NCBI GenBank assembly: GCA_002104945.1
Contig: MCFH01000045.1
Coordinates: forward strand, 248,001 to 312,000
Direction: 5' to 3'
DNA from: Piromyces finnis finn
Taxonomy: Eukaryota; Fungi; Neocallimastigomycota
DNA length: 64,000 bases
Both the position numbers and the translations under genes were made by a program. Shown here one piece after another: positions 25,311-39,474 of the stretch. The notes under the pieces were generated by a model. The model worked only from the letters and a program-made list of their open reading frames with translations. It did no database searches and was not told the origin of the DNA. The number at the start of each line of letters is the position of its first letter. Position 1 is the first letter of the stretch.

Positions 25311-26613
25311 ATGTCACAAAATAAGTACAAAATTGGTTATGTTTTCACGGAAAAAAAAATAAAACATCAAGGAATTCAACAATTTATTGATTATTCAAGG
25401 TATATATTTATAATAGTATCGTTATATTGATTAAAAATTAAATATTTATGATAATTTTAATAGAAAAATAAAATGATATTCCTTGTTATTAATAATAATT
25501 TTTTTGTTGTTTTTATTGTAAAAGAGCCCATGATTTCGATATTGATGCTATAAATCTTAACATTCCAATAGAATCACAAGGACCTTATGACTGTATAATA
25601 CATAAAATTACAGATTTAATTTCTAAAGCAAACAATGGAGACACAGAAATTAAAAAACAAGTGGATAATTTTGAAGTAATTAATAAATACAAAATAAAAT
25701 TAACTATTTTATAATAGATAGAAATAAACATCATTTCAATAATAATTACAAAATATATATAATATCATAATACTGATATACATTTTAATTCAAAATTTAA
25801 TAATTTTTTTTTTTTTTATTTTCAAATATAGAATTATGTCAAAAATAACCCAAATACACCAGTACTTGATCCTTTAGAAGTTGTCTGTAAATTAATGGAT
25901 AGAATTACTGCAAATGATTTATTGGAAAAAGTTAGAAAAACACAAGAAGAAAAAGGAAATGGTAATACATAAATAAATAATTAAATAAATAGTAGAAATT
26001 AAAATTTCAAAATCAATTTTGAAATCTAAATTTTAAAAATAGGTATAGTTTATTTTCAATTATTTTAAAAATAAATTAATAAAAATGTTTTGTAAATTTA
26101 TTTTAAATAGCCCTTTTTAAGCTTCCAGATTATGTTATTAAGCCATTAAAACAAGAAGAATTAAAAGATATTCATTTTCCAATAAGTTTGTATCAATTTT
26201 ATCCATATATAATAAGGATAGAATAAATAAAAAAGAGAAAAAAATTAATATTATTTAATATAATATAAAAAAAAAAATTAGTGTGTAAAAGAATAACCGC
26301 TTGCTCTTCAAAAATTGCTCATGAAATGGCCTTAGTACCTTCTTTAGATAAAGTAAACGAAACAAATAAAATTATGAGTCTTAGTACAAATAAAGAAAAT
26401 GAAGAATTTATTATACAGCAATTTATAAATCATGATGGAATTCTCTTTAAAATTTATGTGTATGATGGTAAATTTAAAGTTATTGTAAGACCTTCCCTAA
26501 ATAATGTTCAATGTAAAGGTATATATTTAATGAGTTAAAATTATTTATATATATATTTTTTTTCTTTTTTATTTTATTATTGTAATATATAGTGGTGAAT
26601 ATCTAATTCAAAA

Positions 26614-26656
<43 letters not shown>

Positions 26657-27286
26657 TTGAAAAATCTATATAATTTAACTAATTAAATCAATTATAATTA
26701 TACTAAATAATTCTATAATAAATTTTATATATCTCTATTTTAAAAACTGAAAATTTATATAGATATTATTTTCTTTGATAGTCAAAAAATACCAAAAGAA
26801 TTTAAAGAACAAAAAATAATGGAAGATGGTGTACCACCAATTAATTCATTTGCTAATCTCACACCAAAAGAAGAAATTGAAAGAAAAACACAATTGTTAG
26901 ATGAAGATAGAATTAATAAAATTACAAAAGATCTTGGTGATTGCTTGGTAACTTTACATTTTAATTAATAAAAAGAAAGAAAAAAAAATATAAAATACTG
27001 GTAATCTAATACAATTATTATATTAAATAATTTTTATATAATAGAATTTAACATTATTTGGATATGATGTTATCATTGATAGTGTAACCAATGATTACTA
27101 TATTGTCGATGTAAACTATTTCCCAGGTAATTATGATAAAAATTTTATAATTTAAACAAATAAAGTTAGGATGCCTAAAAATATTAATTTTTTTTAAAAA
27201 AAATTTTTTTTACAATAGCTTTTTCAGGAGTTAAAGATTTCAATGAAGTTCTCTATAATGCAATTTTAAAGAAAATTGAAAATTAA
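25311..27286 (+). CDS. ITPK1: Inositol-tetrakisphosphate 1-kinase (ATP-grasp), 8 exons
   Basis: KIGYVFTEKK, ESQGPYDCIIHKITD, LDPLEVV..LMDR, HEMALV, QQFINHDGILFKIYV, RPSL, LFGYDVII, VDVNYFP. Confidence 0.92.
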
Positions 27287-28642
27287 AATGAAATAATGAA
27301 CTACCAAAGAGTAGATCATTTAAAAGCAAATACTCTTAAAGAAAAAGGCTATATTTGTTATAGTTTTTAAATTATACAAATATAGATATTACTTCAATTT
27401 ATAATTATTTATTTTTTTAAATTATAAATTATATTACTTATTCATTACATATCCATGATGAATTGTTAATATTTCGTATACCACTTTCATATATAAAAGT
27501 TTATGAAAATAGGGTGTTTAAATTCAAATATTATTTATCATTTATTATTTATAAAATTGTTCCAAAACATTTATAAATTAAATATTATGTTATTACTACA
27601 ATATAATACAATAATAAAATAACATATATTCAATTAGAAGAAAAAAATAATTGAAACTAGATATTATTATTATTTAAATAGATAAACCATTATGAGTCTT
27701 TTTTTTTTTTTTAATTATTTTGTTTTTAATAATAACTATAAATTTAAAAAAAAGAAATTTTTTTTTACATATAGAGTAGATTTTAATTAAAAAAAATTAA
27801 TTTAATTTAAAAAATTGTTTTTTTTTTTTTTAAAAAAAATACTACATTTCATTTATTATATTAATTTATATTAAAATTATAATTAATATTTATTTTTTTT
27901 AAAAATAACAAAAAAAAAAAAAAACAAAAAAAAAAAAAACATTATGTATAATATTTCATTTATATTAAATTAAGTTGTTGCTTTCAATTAACATCTCGAT
28001 AGAACTAAATAAAAGAAATATATATATAGTTTTTTTATAATCTTTATTTACAATTAATTATATATTGAAACTTGTTTGGAATGAAAGTAACAGAAGACAA
28101 TAAAAGAAAAGAGATTCTTCAAATAAAAAAAAAAATATAACAGATAATAAAAATTATTTGATACATCAAATAAAATAAAATTAAAATATTTATTACAATT
28201 AATATTTATAGGGAAAAAAAAAACATTTTTTACTATTTAAATAGCTATTTAAATATCCTCTCAGTAAAATAAAAAGTTTATACCATATTCCCTAAAAATT
28301 AATGAACATATAAAAGATAAAAAAAAAAAAAAAAACTTATATAATCACAAAATTCAATTATTATATTATATAAAAATTTAGTTGAAATATTAATTTATTA
28401 ATGCATAAAATAAATTAAACACCAACTTTACATGCATATACATATACAACATAAAAATTAATATATTAATAAAAAGAAAAAAAAAAAAAACTCTTTTTTT
28501 TTGATTAATTTTTCAACTCTTTTTGAACAACACACGTTATACCATTTGAAAAACGTAATATTTCATCTTCTAAGATATATAAATATTAAAACAAATTATA
28601 TAGCTTATAACACTTTAATTGATACATAAAAAGACAAAAACA

Positions 28643-31600
28643 ATGGAGACTCAAAATGAATCTAATATTCATTTTGAAATTCGAGATGGAATATGGATGA
28701 TAGAAAGAGAAAAAGGAACAGGTAATTTTCAATTAACTAGTCCAAGACCATGGGATGAATACGATGTTTCTAAATCCTTCCCAATTTTATATTGGGGTCA
28801 AGCTAAAAGTTTTATTCAACTTGCAAAAAATCTTTGGGATAATGGTTTTAAATTTCTTGTTGATTCAGGTAATATAAAAGCAATTTATATATATATATAT
28901 ATTTAAAAAATATTTTAATCTCCAAAGCTATATTATTAATATAAATTTATATATACATATATACATATATATATATATTCTATTACTTTTCTCAAAATAT
29001 ATTCTAATACAATGTTATACTTACAAAAAAAATATTCATTTCCATATTTAAAATTTGTGAATATCGATTTACCTTTTTTTTTTTTTTCTTTTACTTTTTT
29101 CATAATTTTGCATTATAAATAAAAAAAATAAAAATAAAAGATATAGGACCAAAACGAAAATTAAAATTTGAGTTTCGATCTCCATACATTCCTAAAGGAA
29201 CCCTTGTTACTTGTTTTATTGCGTATAATGGAACAGGTATATTATATCGTTTTTCAGATCCATTAAATCCTGCGGATTATAGACAAATTTTGATATCAGG
29301 AGCAGATGATCGTTATCCTCATGGCTCCGTAAAATTTTCTATATTTCATAGTAATAATAACAATAATGGCGGAAGGGGAATTATATTAAATTGGAATAAT
29401 AGTATAAATAAAAATTATAATAATAATAATAATGGCAATAATAAATCTGTAAACGAAGTTTATGGAATAGAAGAAGTCTACACTTATTATTGGATGAAAT
29501 CAGCACCTCAAAATCAAACACAAATGTAATTATTACTTATTTAATATACTTCTTTTCTCTCATCAATTAGTATATAAAAATAATTATAAGGATAACTAAT
29601 TTAAATACTTTAATCTCTCATTATATATATTACATAAACATTATTATACTATGACATTTTCTTTATATTTTATTTGTAATTTAAATTAAAATATGGGGTA
29701 TAAAATAATATTATATCAATTATTTCATCAAATATGATGAATTATATTATAAAAATATAAACTTCAACTATTACAACATTATATCAATAATATTGAATTT
29801 TTTTTTTTATAAAAAAAAAAAAAGAAAAAAAAGAAAACACAAAAAAATAATAAATGAAGATGAATTGGAACTTTGTTATCCATTAGATTTTCGTTTAAAT
29901 TCAAAATATTTTACAAAGGAATACCCATTAATTATTAAACCATTAAATAGATTCTATGATTTAAGATCTTTATATATGGTAGAATTAGCAGAGAAATGTC
30001 TATTTCATCAAGGGGTTGAACATATTGAAGAATACAGAGTAAGAATATAAATTGTTGTTTTAATATAAAGTAAAAACATTATTTCATATTAATTCAATTT
30101 CAATTTTACTACTATTCCTTTATTAATTTACAATTTATTTTATGATAATATAAATAATACATATATATATTTATTTTTAAATTTTTATTATTTAATAAAA
30201 TAAAAATTAAAAAAATAAAAAAAAGATGGAAGCATTAGTTAAAAAGGAAAAATTAAAAGAAATATTTTATCATTATCCCAAGTTATTACAATTTTGTTTA
30301 TGGTATTATACCCCTAAATGTTATCAAGGAAGAGGAGAAAGTCATTCTTCCATTAAAAAAAAGAAGGAAAACTATTTTATTAATTTTTTAGCAAGTATAG
30401 CAGAATATATTCCACCAAATTCCCTAAAACACTATAAGTATCCAAAAATAAAGCTTACAAGTCATCCCACTACTGACTATCAACAGTTAAATACTATACA
30501 ACAATGGATTAATATAATGCATTATTATCCAAATCATCATTGCACTCAATGTCATTCCTGGTACCTGATTCAATCTATAAATCCAAAAAGATTTTTATCC
30601 TTAACTTCTTCTCCAAAATCTTTAAATAATCTTTCACCTAAAAAATTTAGTTATAAAGCAAATGAGGCCATAATGAAATCGAATGAAGAAGAGAAGAATA
30701 AAGAACAATATGAACGTATTAAAAACATAAAAGAAAAATATGATAATTTGGGACCATCTCTTCAAAAAACGATGAAAAAAAAGAAAAAGAAAAAAAGTAC
30801 AATACTTGTTACTCCTGATGATGAAAAAACAACAACGTCTACGTCAAATAAAGTGAATACTATAAACTCTACTAATCAAAAAAATCATACAATACAAAAC
30901 GGAGGAATATTTTCCCGTTTATTTAAACCTTCTTCTTCCTTTTCTTCTTCTTCTCCTACTACCACCTCAAATACAAATATAGATCTTACCACTGCAAATA
31001 ATGATAAACAACAAATGATCAATAAAAAAAATAGTATACAAGTAGATTCAGAGGAATGGATCAACGTTGAAAATCAAATATACACATCGAATCAAAATAC
31101 CAAAGGGAAGGACACTCAAAGAATCACCACTAATAATTTTACTATAAGTCCAGATACCTCATTAGTTAAAATGTATGATAATAGTTTTAATTATGATTTT
31201 AATATGGATAATTTGGCACAAATGCCTAATAGTGAACAACAATTTCAAAATATATTACAAGATAGTGATGGTGATGTGTTAACAGCTATTGCAAAGGAAC
31301 AAAATAATTTAGATTATCAAAACGTTAATGATGATATTGGCATCGGTACCTTTTATACTAATAGTAAAATTGAAGAGCGTGAAAAAATAATGATGGAATG
31401 GGATCAAGAATCTAATATTATGAATTTTGGTTTAAATGTATCAAATATGATTACCCCTTCCACTATAGCTGAGATGGCCTTGGATGATGATTCCTCTTTT
31501 ACAGATTTATCTAAAATTCGGGATAAGTCGTATAAACCAATTGAAACGAATTTCAATATGACTAAACCGGAACAACAACAAGAATTAAAATCATTATCAG

Positions 31601-32460
31601 ATCAAAAAAATATAGAACATAAAATTCATGGTTGTCTCTCCTCTTCCTATTATCATATACCCCCAAACACAATTATGAACGAATGTTCTTCAGAATCTTG
31701 TTGTTTTGAAAATAGAGAATTAATCGCACAACAATTAGTTTATAAACTGTCATATTATTTGATAGCGTATCGATGGGCTAAACGTAGTGTTCAATTAGGT
31801 TTCCTTGTAGGAATTTATTTTTTAAGTCAAAAATTATGGAAATCTGACCATTTTTGGCAATGGACCAAAAATGAATGTCAAGAGAAAATAATTTTAATGT
31901 GTCTAAATGGTCAGTTGAGTTGGATCAATTACATAAGAAATAAAAAAAGTACATCTAGTGAAAAAGATGAAAAATTCATAGAAATTTTAAAAAATATTCG
32001 TAAAAGAGAAAAAAGTGTTCGTTTATTAAGACTTTATCGTAAAAGAAATAGGCTTAGTGAAGAAGATTTAACTCAATTAAAACTAAAAAAAGAGTTAGGA
32101 TCAACTACAGTCTTAAAAGAAATAAAAGAACTATCGAGCATGTTTATTTTAGAGAATTTCTTTAGAATTTTTGAACAATACAAGTCAATGATAATTGATT
32201 GGTACCACCATTATGTCAAAGATCAAGTTTTGAAGATTAGAACCTGGAATGACATTTTAGTACAAATTAATATTTTATTAGCTGCTTTAAAAACCCAACT
32301 TATTCACCTAATAAATTCATTAAAAAATAAATGTAATCCTGAAGTACTTAAAAAATCAATTCAAACTATATATTTAACTAAATGGTGGAATGAAAAGATT
32401 ATTTTTATTAAAATATTTATTAAATTGGCAATGAATAAACCATCCATTATTCATTCATAA
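28643..32460 (+). CDS. Hypothetical multi-exon protein (exons ~28643-28869, 29147-29525, ~29850-30040, 30226-32460)
   Basis: Consecutive open exons with GT/AG borders lead into a 744-aa ORF. The link across 29.53-29.85 kb is uncertain, so this may be two genes. No family recognised. Confidence 0.55.
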
Positions 32461-35077
32461 ATAAAAAAAAAAAAAAAAGAAAAAGGAAAAAGGAAAAAAT
32501 AAAATGGAGTAGGAATAGAAATTTAATAATTTATCAATTAAAGCTTAACTAGATTTAAACTTATATTTAAATGGACCATTTAAAAAATATAAAAATATTC
32601 TTTTTTCAAAAGCCCCTCCCAATTAAAAAAAAACGGTATAAGAATGAGCATAAGATTTATAAAGTTTAAATGTAATTAATATTTTTCTATACTCCATTAC
32701 ATTAAATTTTTAATATAAATTTTTTTTTAACTTTTTTAATTGAAATTAAATATATTATTATTAATATTCATTCAATTTTGAACGTTTTTTATTTTTGGTA
32801 GTTTGAATATTATTTAAAAAAATAATAATAGTAGATTTTTTTTAAAATAGAAAGAATATCTATGTTTAAATAAATTCATTTGTTTTATTTGTTAAGAATA
32901 TTATAAAATGATATATTTTTTAAAGATAAATTCATAATACTGTCATCTATTTAAAAGGAAAAAAAAAAAGCTTTTTTTTAATTTTTATTTTAAATTGTTA
33001 ACTATTTTAATTAAACTATATGAAAATAAAAATATATATATTTTTGAAATTAATTCTTAAATACTTTATTTGATAATCACTAGTTAAAATTACTTTTTTT
33101 TTTATATAGATATTATGTAATATAAAGTAATAAAATATCTCATTTTATCAATTAATTAAAACTTGTAATAAAACTGAGTTTTTTTCCCACTTTATTAATT
33201 ATAAAATAAACTTTAAAATCAATTTAACAGTTCTTTATCTTAATATGTTATACTCTCTATATCTTTCTACCTTAAATAATTATTAAAAACAAAGAATGAA
33301 ATAACACAAAATAATATTAAAAAAAAAGAAACCTTTTTTTGAACTGAATTGTTTAATTGTTTTTACCATTATTTTTTTTTTTATTTAATAAACATGTAAC
33401 AATTATTCTAAAAAAAAAAAAAGTTCTATGTGCTTTTATATATTCTTACTCCTCCATCTTTAATATCTAACAAATTTATTTTTTAATTAAAGTATAAAAT
33501 TTTAAAATTATATATCCTAACCTTATAAAATAAGTTTTAAATAACTAAAATAAATTCTTTTTTTTTTTTTTTAAAAAAAATAATACTATTTGAAATGACC
33601 AATTCTATTCGTATAAATGGTATACCTTGTTAAAGATATGCATACCACTAACAAATTATGCATTAATAAGATAATACCATGAAATTTATTTAATTATTAT
33701 TATTTACATCCATTTAATTTTGTAATTGAATTATTCATAATGATAAATTAGATTTTAAACCATAATTACACTTAATGGATTAATAACTAAAAAACCTTAT
33801 TAAATATACTTTTTTTTGAGTAATGATAATGGTATATTATTTTTATATAATTTCTGTTTTTTATTTATTGATTAAATTAATTATTAATTAATTTATTATA
33901 AAAATGGATTGTAAAAAATTTATTTATGTATATATTTATTTTAGTTGATAATTATTGTAGAGATTTATTTATTAACTATGTATATATTCATTTATAATTT
34001 AAAATTTTCATTGGTAAAAAAATTTAAAGTTTTTTCTTTAATTTTATTTCAATTTTCCATTATTAATAATGATAGATAATTAAAAGTTTAATTTATATTA
34101 TTTTAATATTAATATTCCATCACTATATAATGATTGGTGTAAATAATTAATTAGTAATTAATTATTTTTGTAAGAAGTTTTAAAGATCATTTTAAGTGTA
34201 TCAACAAAACTTTTATAGATTTTATTGTTTTGAATTTACTCAATCTTCTATTGATATAAAAAACCAACTTTTCTATTAATGTATAACGACATTTACAGAT
34301 ATTTAATGCAATATTATAATATCCTTTCATTTATTATATAAACAAATAAACCAAATAATTTGTAGTTTATACATTTTTTCATCATGTTTTTTTTTATTTT
34401 TTTTATTTTTTAATTTATCTTTTAATAACATACAAACTTTATTTATAAATAAAAAAAAACTAATAGTTTTTTTTTTACCAAATTAACAACATTTATATAT
34501 AATTTTTGTTGTATCAATTTAATTTTCTGTTGTATTGGTAATATATAGAAAATATATAGAATATATTAAAAAAGGAAAATTTTAATATAAAATTTCTTAA
34601 TAATAAAATATATTAATATAATTAAAAAAATAAATTTTTTTCTCTTTTTTTTTTTAAAAAAAAGTAAATGAATGAATAATTAACAAATAAACAAATTATT
34701 AATTATATTAATTGTAGATTAAATTCTATAAGAAAAATAACTTTTTTTTTTTTGGCTAGAACAAAGGATACAAAATATAAAATGATGAGGTTAAAAATTG
34801 TAATTATTATAAAACATTATCTTTATAAAACGTCAATATCATTTTGTAAATCCTTCATAAATTTTTAATAATATTTAGTCAAAGGATACATTTAGTATTA
34901 ATGAAATCTATGTACTTTTTTTTATTGTATCTTTTAGAGTGTCACTGTTTTTAAGGCTAGTAAAGAGTTTATTGGTAATTTTATACGAAACCAAATTCTT
35001 TTAAATATTACAATACAAGAGGTAATGGTGAAAATAGTGAAAATAATCCTTTATCAATTTTTTTTTTCAGGGGTATA

Positions 35078-35632
35078 TTTTTTTTTTTTTTTTTTTTAAC
35101 TTCCGAGTGCATTTCTCCCATCGATCAGAGTTAGCTCCAATGGTGGTTCTTAGAGAAACGTTGGCTCATTCCTATTGCTAGGTGGTTGTGACCCTCCTGG
35201 TCTGTCATACTGTTTCTTCAGCTTCGACGCTCACTTAATCCATGTACATTAGATGCATGTCGTTGTACGATATTTCACAACTACAATGCTAAGCCTCTTA
35301 TAGTCAATTTGATCACGTGTCAACCGCCCCCTAATGTTTACACTTAAATTGATTAAGGAATATTATGTGTTTTTGGCATAGCCTAAGTCACCACTTATTA
35401 AGTTCTAATTTGGAATGTACCATGTACACTAGACCCTCTCAGGCCGGCTAGACGAGTGTTATTATCATAGTAGTAAATTAGAAAGTTCATTTATACTTAC
35501 CTGAATATCATAACCCAACCCATGGCAAACCCAGTGGGAAAATCCACAGGCACTGACATCTGCGGGGTCGAACCAGAAGCCTTATGTATGCTAAGGAAAC
35601 GCCTTAACAACCAGGATAAAAACTGGAACGAC
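35078..35632 (-). mobile_element. tRNA-headed SINE-like retroposon, copy 1
   Basis: GC-richer ~535-bp body; poly(T) 35078-35097 is the poly(A) tail on the minus strand; direct TSD tttttcaggggtata at 35063-35077 and 35633-35647; B-box ggttcgacccc; 2 substitutions versus copy 2. Confidence 0.9.
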
Positions 35633-36139
35633 TTTTTCAGGGGTATAAATCGGAAACATTTTAATACTATTTAATAATTTGTAATTTTAATTTGAACCAA
35701 TTTTTGATGATTAGAAAATTTTATTAAAATTTTAATATCATATATAATAATTCAATATATTAAATGCTATTAGAACATATAATTATCAATTAATTATGGA
35801 TAATTTATGTAATCGAGTATTAATTTAAAATTTAATTAACAATTTCCTTATTAAGAAGTAGTTAAAACAAAACATTAAAAATTTTATTATTAATTAATAA
35901 AATAGTAATTATTAATATTTGAAATAAATCTATTAAAAAAAACATAACAAAAGTTTATTTAATAATAAATTTTTAATTACATTTGAATTTATTATAAACA
36001 TTCAGTTTTATTAATTTAATTAAATTGAATAATTTTTAACTAAAAATGTATATTACTCTTTTTTCTTTTCTAGCTATAACTGAAATAGAATATTAATAAA
36101 TTTAAAACTTGAACATTATCGTATGGAAAACCAAAACGC

Positions 36140-36140
<1 letters not shown>

Positions 36141-36182
<42 letters not shown>

Positions 36183-36240
36183 AAAAATAAATAAATAAAT
36201 GAATGAATGAACGAATAAATAAATAAATAAATAAATATTA
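36141..36240. repeat. (AAAT)n microsatellite
   Basis: Repeated aaat units with a few aatg interruptions. Confidence 0.85.
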
Positions 36241-39200
36241 AATGAACAAAATAAATGAATTTTACTAAATATTTTATATATCAAATAAGGGATTAAAGTT
36301 ATATAATAGAAATATAAAAAGTACATCTATATATATTAAAATAAATTAAAACTATATAGACCTTTTTTTCTATTTTTTTGTACTACATAAATAGTATATG
36401 GTAATTTTGATTTTCTGTATATGTTTGATTTTCCTATGGCATACAACATCTTTTATTATTATGAAAGGTGTTTATATATAAAATCAAACATTTTTTTTAT
36501 TTAAATGAATAAAAATATATAGAATGAAAAAACAATTTATACATTTTTTATGAAGCTATGAAAATTGAAAATAAAAATGTGATAAAATGAATTCTTCTTT
36601 TTGCATCCTTCTATTAAATCTATTTTGAGTGGTCATATAAAAAAGCTAAAAATGTTTTAAATAAACTTTTTTAAATTACATTACCTTTGCCAATTATGGA
36701 AATAGTGTTGTACAATTCTATATTGGATAGATGAGCTTGGTTTTATGTTTTATTTCTAAACCTGAAAGTTTATTTTATAATAAACTTAATGTCTATTTAT
36801 TTATAACAAAAATCAATTCTTAATAATATCCATAATAAAATAATGGTAGTATTTCAATATCAATGCATTATTGTGGTTGTTATTATTGTTGTTGTATATT
36901 TTAATTTTGTTTTTATAATGACTTTTTTTTTTAACATTTTTATTCTTGCTTTTATTTGAATTAAAAGAGATTTTGATATTCAAATTGTTGAGATTTTTTT
37001 TTGTTGTGGATAGTTTTAACTTTCATAAAAAATCTACCATTCATTTCTATGTTGAATGGTTGAATATACGATAAATTGTGGAGAATATTGTAAAATACAA
37101 TAGAATAGATAATATGAGTAAATTTTATATTAATCTTTATTTGTATGAATGTTCAAAGTCATAATCATTATTATGAATAAATAGTCTAGTTGTTTTCCTC
37201 ATATCAATTTCTTATGGAAGGTGTCGTTTTTTTGTTTTATCTATCCTTTTCCATTTTTTATATTGAATAGTAAAAGTTATTTATTCTATGGATAATTAAA
37301 TTTTCATCTTTTAATTAAATTAAGTAAATTATGTATTATTATATTATATTAAAATCAATAATATATTATTAATTGATTTAAACTTTAATTATTATAATCT
37401 ACATATAAAATATTAATATATAGTGAATAAATTATGTAATTAAATAAAATATATATTTTAATAGTAATTAACTAAATTTGAATAATTATAAAGAATTGTA
37501 TTGAAATATATTGAAATAATTCATTATAATATATTAAAATATAATAATTACCTTCAGCATTCTCTAAATTAACATTTTTTGAATATAAAGATGGATATAA
37601 TGAGAAAAGTATAACTATAGTATATATACAGTGTATATAGTCTATTAGTATCGTTAATAAAATCAATGATTTATTTAATTATCAACTTTTTTTTTATTAT
37701 AGAGAATGGTGTAAAACCATGAATAAATCATCCTACCTTTTTAATTAATACTATTTCTATTAATAAATTATTTTATTATTAATTAAACTTTTTTTTATAA
37801 ATAAAAGAAACAAAAGAAAACAAAAAAAATTAATATATAATAAATGAAATATAATAGAATAAAATATTAAATTATGTATATATAATTAATTCTAATATAT
37901 TGGTTTTTTAAAGTGTTTTTTTTTTTTTCTGGAAATGATGGTATAATTTTTAACTTTTTTTATTACAAACTAAATAAAATGAAATGATATAAAATAAATG
38001 AAATTTCTTTTTTTTTTTTTTTTTTTTTTAAATTTTAAAATAAAAATTTATTTAATTTTAAATAATAAAATTCTTTTCTTTTCTTTTTTTTTCTTTGTTA
38101 AAAAAATAATCTATTTATTATATTTTATTTGAAAATAAAATATAAAAAGAAACTGGAAAAAAGAGAAGACAAAAGAAATTACTTTTTTTTTTTTTTGTTA
38201 AAATTTATTTTTATAGGGAAAAATTTATTAAATATTTTTTTAAATTTAGTTTTTTTAGATTCTCTAAAAAAATTAAATTCTTCAGTAAAATATTAAAGAA
38301 TAAATTTTTGAAGAAAAAAAAAAAAAAAAAAGAAAATTTTAAAAGAAAAGGAAAAAAAAATAAAAATAAAACAAAATAATAAATGGATTAAACGCTTTTA
38401 TTACAAAATTTTTAAATAAATAATTTATCCAACGAAATTAATATTAAATTAATAATAATAAATATAATAATAAAAAGCAAAGAAAATAAACTTAAAATTA
38501 TCACAAAAAATAAAATAAAAATTCTCAAAGAAAAAAGAAATAATAAATTCAAATAAAAATAAAACAAGTTTAAATAATTGGTTTTTTGTAAAAAGACAAT
38601 ATACCTTAGATTTAAAAAAAAATAAATTAAAATTATTTAGGATTAAAATAAAAAATTTTAATTTACATTAAGAAAAAAATAAACAACTATATATTTCGAT
38701 AGAAAATTTTTTCAATTATGTTATTTTATTAAATAAGAGAAAAAATTGTATATATTTTCCTAGACTATTTATTAATAATAGAAAAACGAATTATAATTTG
38801 GGAATTATTTTAATAGAAGTATTTTTTTAATAATTATTTGTAAGAGAATAGCCTATTGAAATAATTTTTAATATAATATAAATTTTATTGATTTTAAATA
38901 TTATTATAGTTAAAATCAATATTGAATAATTTAAAGGAATAATAAATTTTAGAGTTAATGATTTAAATATAAGCAAAATTGTTTATTTTTTTTAATAAAG
39001 AAGAAAAAATATTTAAAAAATAAAAAAATTTAAAAATAAAATACAATAACAAAAAAAAAGTTATTATTTAAAGAAAAAGAAAATTATAATTATAATATCA
39101 GAAATAGAATTATAATTTTATAAAATTATAAAGGTAACAAATAATAATAAATTTATATAATTCTTAAATAAAGTATATTTGTTATTATATATTAAATTAT

Positions 39201-39474
39201 ATACTAATAATTTAATATATATATTTAAAAATAATATTTTATTATTATTATTTATAAAGAAAAGAAAATATATAAAAATATATTGTATACATTCGATTAA
39301 TTTTTAATTAAAATAGTTTTTTATCAAAAATTATTGTAATATAAATAAATTTGTAAAAGGTAAATATTATAGTTTAAATACAAGATTAGGTGGATATTTT
39401 AAATTCATAAAATGAACTCAAATTTACATACTTTGATATTTTAAATTTTATATTTAATAGATATATAAATAATT

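Noticed and set aside
35493-35632. Possible U1 snRNA starting ATACTTACCTG
   Set aside because: No SL1 (GATCAC) or SL2 (ATTGCAC) loops and no Sm site; it is the antisense of the SINE splice donor.
33590-37670. Scattered protein-like fragments around SINE copy 1, including ORF 37472-37666
   Set aside because: Interrupted by stops and no recognisable family; possibly a decayed gene but not supportable.
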